Shown: positions 59,500 through 64,000 of the stretch, piece after piece
How the letters are laid out: each line of letters starts with the position of its first letter
Position numbering within the stretch: position 1 is the stretch's first letter
DNA from: Raillietiella orientalis
Taxonomy: Eukaryota
Direction: 5' to 3'
Assembly (NCBI GenBank): GCA_036172245.1
Contig: JAYWIR010000025.1
Location: forward strand, 310,001-374,000
Length of the DNA: 64,000 nt
Made by a program: the position numbers and the translations under genes
Notes under the pieces: generated by a model
Databases searched by the model: none
Told to the model about the DNA's origin: nothing
What the model saw: the letters and a program-made list of their open reading frames with translations, nothing else

Positions 59500-61520
59500 T
59501 CTCTCTAGAGGGGGCAGGATCACCTCTTTTCCCCTGGAAGGAAGAGTCACCTGTGTCCCCCTGGGATCACCGACTTCATCCACTGGACCCTGACGCCCTT
59601 CTGCTTTCCTCCCGCTCCCGGACGCTGGATCACACGAGTGACCTTCTTTTTCTTCCTTCTGCTCACCTCTGCGGCGTCTCTCGAGGGATTCCTCGGGGTG
59701 GTAGACAAGAAAGAGCGGGCACCGGAGTCAGCGGTCCTGCCCGAGGCGGCAGCATCGAGGGCAAGGCAGCCGGACTGGATCCGCTGAGCAGCACCTTCCA
59801 GCACTTTGGCGAACCCGAGAGAGACCACTGCGTCACAGGGGTGGGTCTCGGCAGCCCTCAAGGGCGGAAAAACTGCTCCCAGGAGGCGAACTGCTCTTGG
59901 GGAAATACCACGCAGCTTGGAGCACTTCCACCGCCGCTCTCCCTTCCACGGTCAACGCAGTGCTGACCTTCCAGGGGACCGTGGTGACAGCGGTTTAGCA
60001 GCTTGGTATTGGTCTCTGCCACATAGCAGGCAGGAAACCGACAAGCGGTGGACCCCGAGACACCGGCTCAGGCAGTGGCGATCCGGACATGTTCGTGGAG
60101 ACACCATTTTCCTGGACGGTTCCCAGCCTGCTCCCCCACAGTTTCCTCAGATCCGACAAGAGGTGGGGTGGATTTATTGACCATACAAAAATTGACTATT
60201 TGTATAGCAATCCTTTACAAACAAGACTGAATTCGCATCTAGTTTTACCTATGGCAACACTTGAGGCATTCCGCCTTTCACTGATGGTCTCTCGCCTTTG
60301 TGCTTACATCTTGCGGAGGAAGATATTCACTCCTGTACGTCTAGGCGGGGATCTCCCTTCCGCAGCTGCAAGTTCCTATTTTCCTGATGAGGTCGACAGG
60401 AAGGAGGCCATAGGGAATCACAGTGCAGTCTTGTTCTCCATCTTTTCTTGTCTGGGATAAATCCGCTGTTCGCTCCTAGCGGATTTTTCATCGTCGATGT
60501 CGCTTTTCGACTCGGCAAAGTCTCTTGATTCTTCTTTTCCCTTTGAGCCATCCTTGTTGTTTTCCTCGCCAGAGGCAGGCTCCGTTGGGCCACCTCTACG
60601 GCTTTGGCTTTCGCTCGATCAGCACGTTCTCCACCCCAAAGCGCGTTTTTCCGTCTGTTTGTGTGTCACGGATCTCCCTCCCAAGAGCTGAGAGGCGCAA
60701 CAAAAATCCTCCTTCTGTTCCTTGTGTGGTGTGCGGACGGATCGTTTCCGCAAATGAGGCCATTTCGCTCTCGTTCTCCGTGGTCTTTTGCTTTTCTTTC
60801 TCGGTCTTCTCTTCCAGCTCCTCTTCCACCAGTAGCAGCAGAAAGCCGCCGCTACTGGGGGAGAAGAAAGCTCTTCCACGGCCAATCGCTTCCTATTCTT
60901 CTTCTTTGGATTCTTTTTCCTTCTGCTGCATTTCTAGAAGGTTCTAGTTGACGACTGCAAAGGAGAGGGCTTGGAGCAATCCCTGATGAAATGACCGATT
61001 TGACCACACTTGAAGCAACGCGCCTTGGGGCAGGCTCCCACACGGTGGCCGAACTCCTTGCATCCCTTTCAGAAGGTGGGCTGCAAACTGTATCGCACCT
61101 GCACGTGCTGGTAGTGCTCGTCTATGTATATGATTCCCGGAATGGTATCAGCAAAGAGCTTGATGCGCACCAAGACCACCCCGGAGAACGTGTCCTCGAT
61201 ATGAGCGCGGAATGCAACCTTCTTCACCTCTTTGTATTGAGAGGAAAAAAAACCACACGTCCTCCTGGCTGGTACCGCAGTGCACACCAGTCAGGTAGAC
61301 CGGGATGGGCGACAGTTCCCCCAGTCCACACAGTTGCCTCCCGTTGAAGACGATGCCCCTGCTCTCTGAGTACCTCCTGCAGCTTCTCGTCCGCGATGTA
61401 CACGGAACGATGGCTTCGATTCCTTGAAAGTCAGCGTTTTCTTTGTGGGATGCCACTTAGGGCATCTCTAACGTTGTCGAGTCCCAACATCTCCTTTTTG
61501 AAAGTGATTTGTTTGACTTG
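59500..61520 (-). mobile_element. LINE 5' portion: ORF1 plus degenerate APE endonuclease
   Basis: QVRYSLQPTF*KGCKEFGHRVGACPKARCFKCGQIGHFIRDC (60975-61100); IVFNGRQ..VYLTGV homologous to the 46 kb ORF1; downstream TGVNIFLRK and IVN..YG resemble APE motifs. Confidence 0.75.
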
Positions 61521-64000
61521 TTGATTAATTTCCCACACTGCGGCTGCCTTGCCAACTCTGGAACGGTTACCTCTCGGGAGGTGCCGGACTGGCGCACCTC
61601 CATGGGCGCGAGGGGCTCCCTACAACGTCTTGTCCCTCGGACGGGGGGCATGCGCTTCCAAGCCCTCCACACTAGAAGTCAGGGGAGAGTCCAGAGCTCG
61701 GGGGAGGGAGGACAGTGTTCACAGGGGAGGAAGGTCCATTCCACTCGGGAAAAACTGTCCTTCGCATCCTTTTAGCAGGAGTCCGCGCGAACGCAGTCTC
61801 CCAGCCTAAAAATTAATCCTTGAGGGATGTCCATCGTGACCAACATCATCTCGAATCCAGGTGAGTATTGTGGCGTTACTCCTCCACCCATGCCTCCCCG
61901 ATGGCAGAACGCGGTGGCACCCTTCTCCTTCCTCTGGGGTTTCGAGTGCAACCAACTCCAGCGACAATCGCCCCCTGCAACTGCTTCCGGACCGCGAGTT
62001 CTTCTGACGGCGGCAGATGCCAGAATCTCCCCTTCCGCCTTCCTGCATCCGGAGAGCTCCCGCTGGCCGTTCTTTACTCCTCAAGCAGTCGCCATCTCCG
62101 GGCCACTGGCGACTCTGCCCCTCGTCATCCGTGCAGCAGTCGCGAATTGCCACGCGGAGCTGCCGCAGCATAGAGGGGGAGAGCGTTCGCTCGCTCCGTC
62201 GCTCAGTGGCGCGGAGGGCACCTAGGCGGCACTCCGTCCCGAAATCCAAGAGGACGTCAACCGGATTGCGGGAGGGCCATCGGGCGCACGTACCGGCAAC
62301 CTCTTTTCCTTTCCCTCCCTCAAGTCCCGGAAACGACGGACGTCCGTTTGCTCCCCGATGTTCCTTCATATCGTGTGCTTCCGTGTGCATATGTATATAT
62401 AATTGATTTCTGTTTCCCCGTTCTCCCCCTGACCTCTGCAGACTGAGCGTGTTTTCTTGCCCTCTCCCTTAGCCACCAACCTGCGCGTCGGTGTTTCCCG
62501 AAGCGTGCTTTCAGGGCACGTTAACGTTTGTTTGTTAACTTTCAACAGACATTACGGCACGGTCAAGCCTAAAGCATCATCATCTTTCAAGGGAGCGAAC
62601 GGACGAAGCTGGGAGCTCCAGAATGACGTTCCCGAAGAGTAGCGGGAGCTTTCGTGGGAGAGGCGGATGCTTTCCGGTCCCGTTCGCATCGGCTTCTCTT
62701 GGCGTGACGGGCGCGCGCACCGACTGGAGGGTTCGCCGGAAGGAAGGCCAGGAATCCTCTGCTTGCGATCCGGAGGAGAGCTGTGCTTCCTGACCAGGGC
62801 GGAAGCTCTCCTCCCCGGACTTTTTCCTCGTGCAACCGCAGATGCCATTCGCCGTGGTTCCAGCGCAAGCTCAGCAGCACGGGTGCTCAAACCCGGTCGT
62901 CAGCTCGCGCGCGTGCCATGCTTCCCCCCAGGGCGGTCCGACAGTCGGGAGGATCGAAGCTTCGAGAGGGCATTCTGACCGGCCAGCAGCCGGGAGAGGA
63001 CAGACATGGCATGCCGAAGTCGCCGACCTGGCAGGTTCGGAGCCTGCCAAGCGAGGCGAATCGGGCTAGTTCGCCGAGGACGTGGCTGGACGCGAGTTTA
63101 GCCAGCAAAGCAACGGGTCGGTAGCGGGTCATCAAGGAGGAATCGCCCAGTCTCGTTCGCCAGCAGCTCGGAACCCAAGGAGGGTCTCTGGAGGATGAAA
63201 GAGCCACGGGTCGCAGATGAGTGGGGCGTTTTTTCCCGCTAGCCGTCTTCCTCGAAGGGAGAGAAGAAATTCCTTCAGCGAAATCCCTGCCGGATGAAAG
63301 AGAGTGCAAGAATACCCAAAGTATGCTCCTACGGATGTAAGGGGTGCCAGAAGAAATCCACGTGCTTTCATGGCTCTGCCCCGAGTGCCTTCTCAGCTGC
63401 AGGGGGATTCCCCGTGGGGATTCTCCCGGAGCACCTGCCGCATGCAGGCGCCTTCCCGTTTGACTCCGCGGACACGCGCCAGGACAACTTCAAGAGACAG
63501 GAGAAAGTCTCAGAAGAGTAGCCGGGATCAACCCGGAAGGCGAGAGAATGACCCCCGTTGCGGCTGTACATTCAGCAGCCTTTTGCGGCTGTCGTCGATC
63601 CACCATCAAAAAAAGACGCGACCATCTTTGGCCCCGCCACCCAAGGGAAGCTAAAGGCACTCTTTGATTTGGGTCCACCCGAAATCGGTCTGCGGAGTTC
63701 CACTCCTCACCTGCCTGACCCTCAACCGAGACTGGAAGGAGCTGACGGTTGGGAGGAAGGACTGGGGAGAGATCCTGGCCAGATTGCTTGCAGGGGGTGG
63801 AAACACCCCCATACACAACCCCATGTTCAGGATCTGCATTGTTCTTTCCATCACAAGCATCGTGGCAAGAAGAGCCAATGAGGAGGAGAATGAAGCGTAT
63901 GGTCCCTGCAACAGACATCCTGTCGTGACTGATCAAAAGAGAGATCGTCCTGTCGAAGCTGCGGAAGAGCCTCCACTTGGACACAGACATAAGATAACTC

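Overview
Eukaryotic, repeat-rich and gene-decayed window. I found no intact host gene and no prokaryotic features (no operons, no CRISPR). Motif matches below come from manual multi-frame translation, not database searches, and boundaries are approximate. Contents: (1) about eight segments of L1/Tx1-like non-LTR retrotransposons of different ages, including a comparatively well-preserved internally deleted copy (ORF1 with two CCHC knuckles joined to the ORF2 C-terminal zinc finger and 3' UTR) nested inside an older copy; (2) five minus-strand copies of a tRNA-headed, SINE-like family whose body is a variable-number ~42-bp minisatellite; (3) a 5'-truncated 5S rRNA copy; (4) a dense series of frameshifted remnants of signalling genes (RhoGEF-PH, ankyrin, multi-RGS, PH, CARMIL-type LRR-kinase, SH3/SH2 kinases, RhoGAP, DENN-kinase), at least two with intron signals, a repertoire suggesting an amoebozoan-like protist (inference); (5) four perfect 12-17 bp inverted repeats that look like template-switch products. 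Several GC-rich stretches (about 1.3-7.7, 28.9-32.4, 48.4-51.5, 54.4-56.4 and 61.6-64 kb) remain unexplained. Most long ORFs in the supplied track are GC-rich or antisense artefacts.
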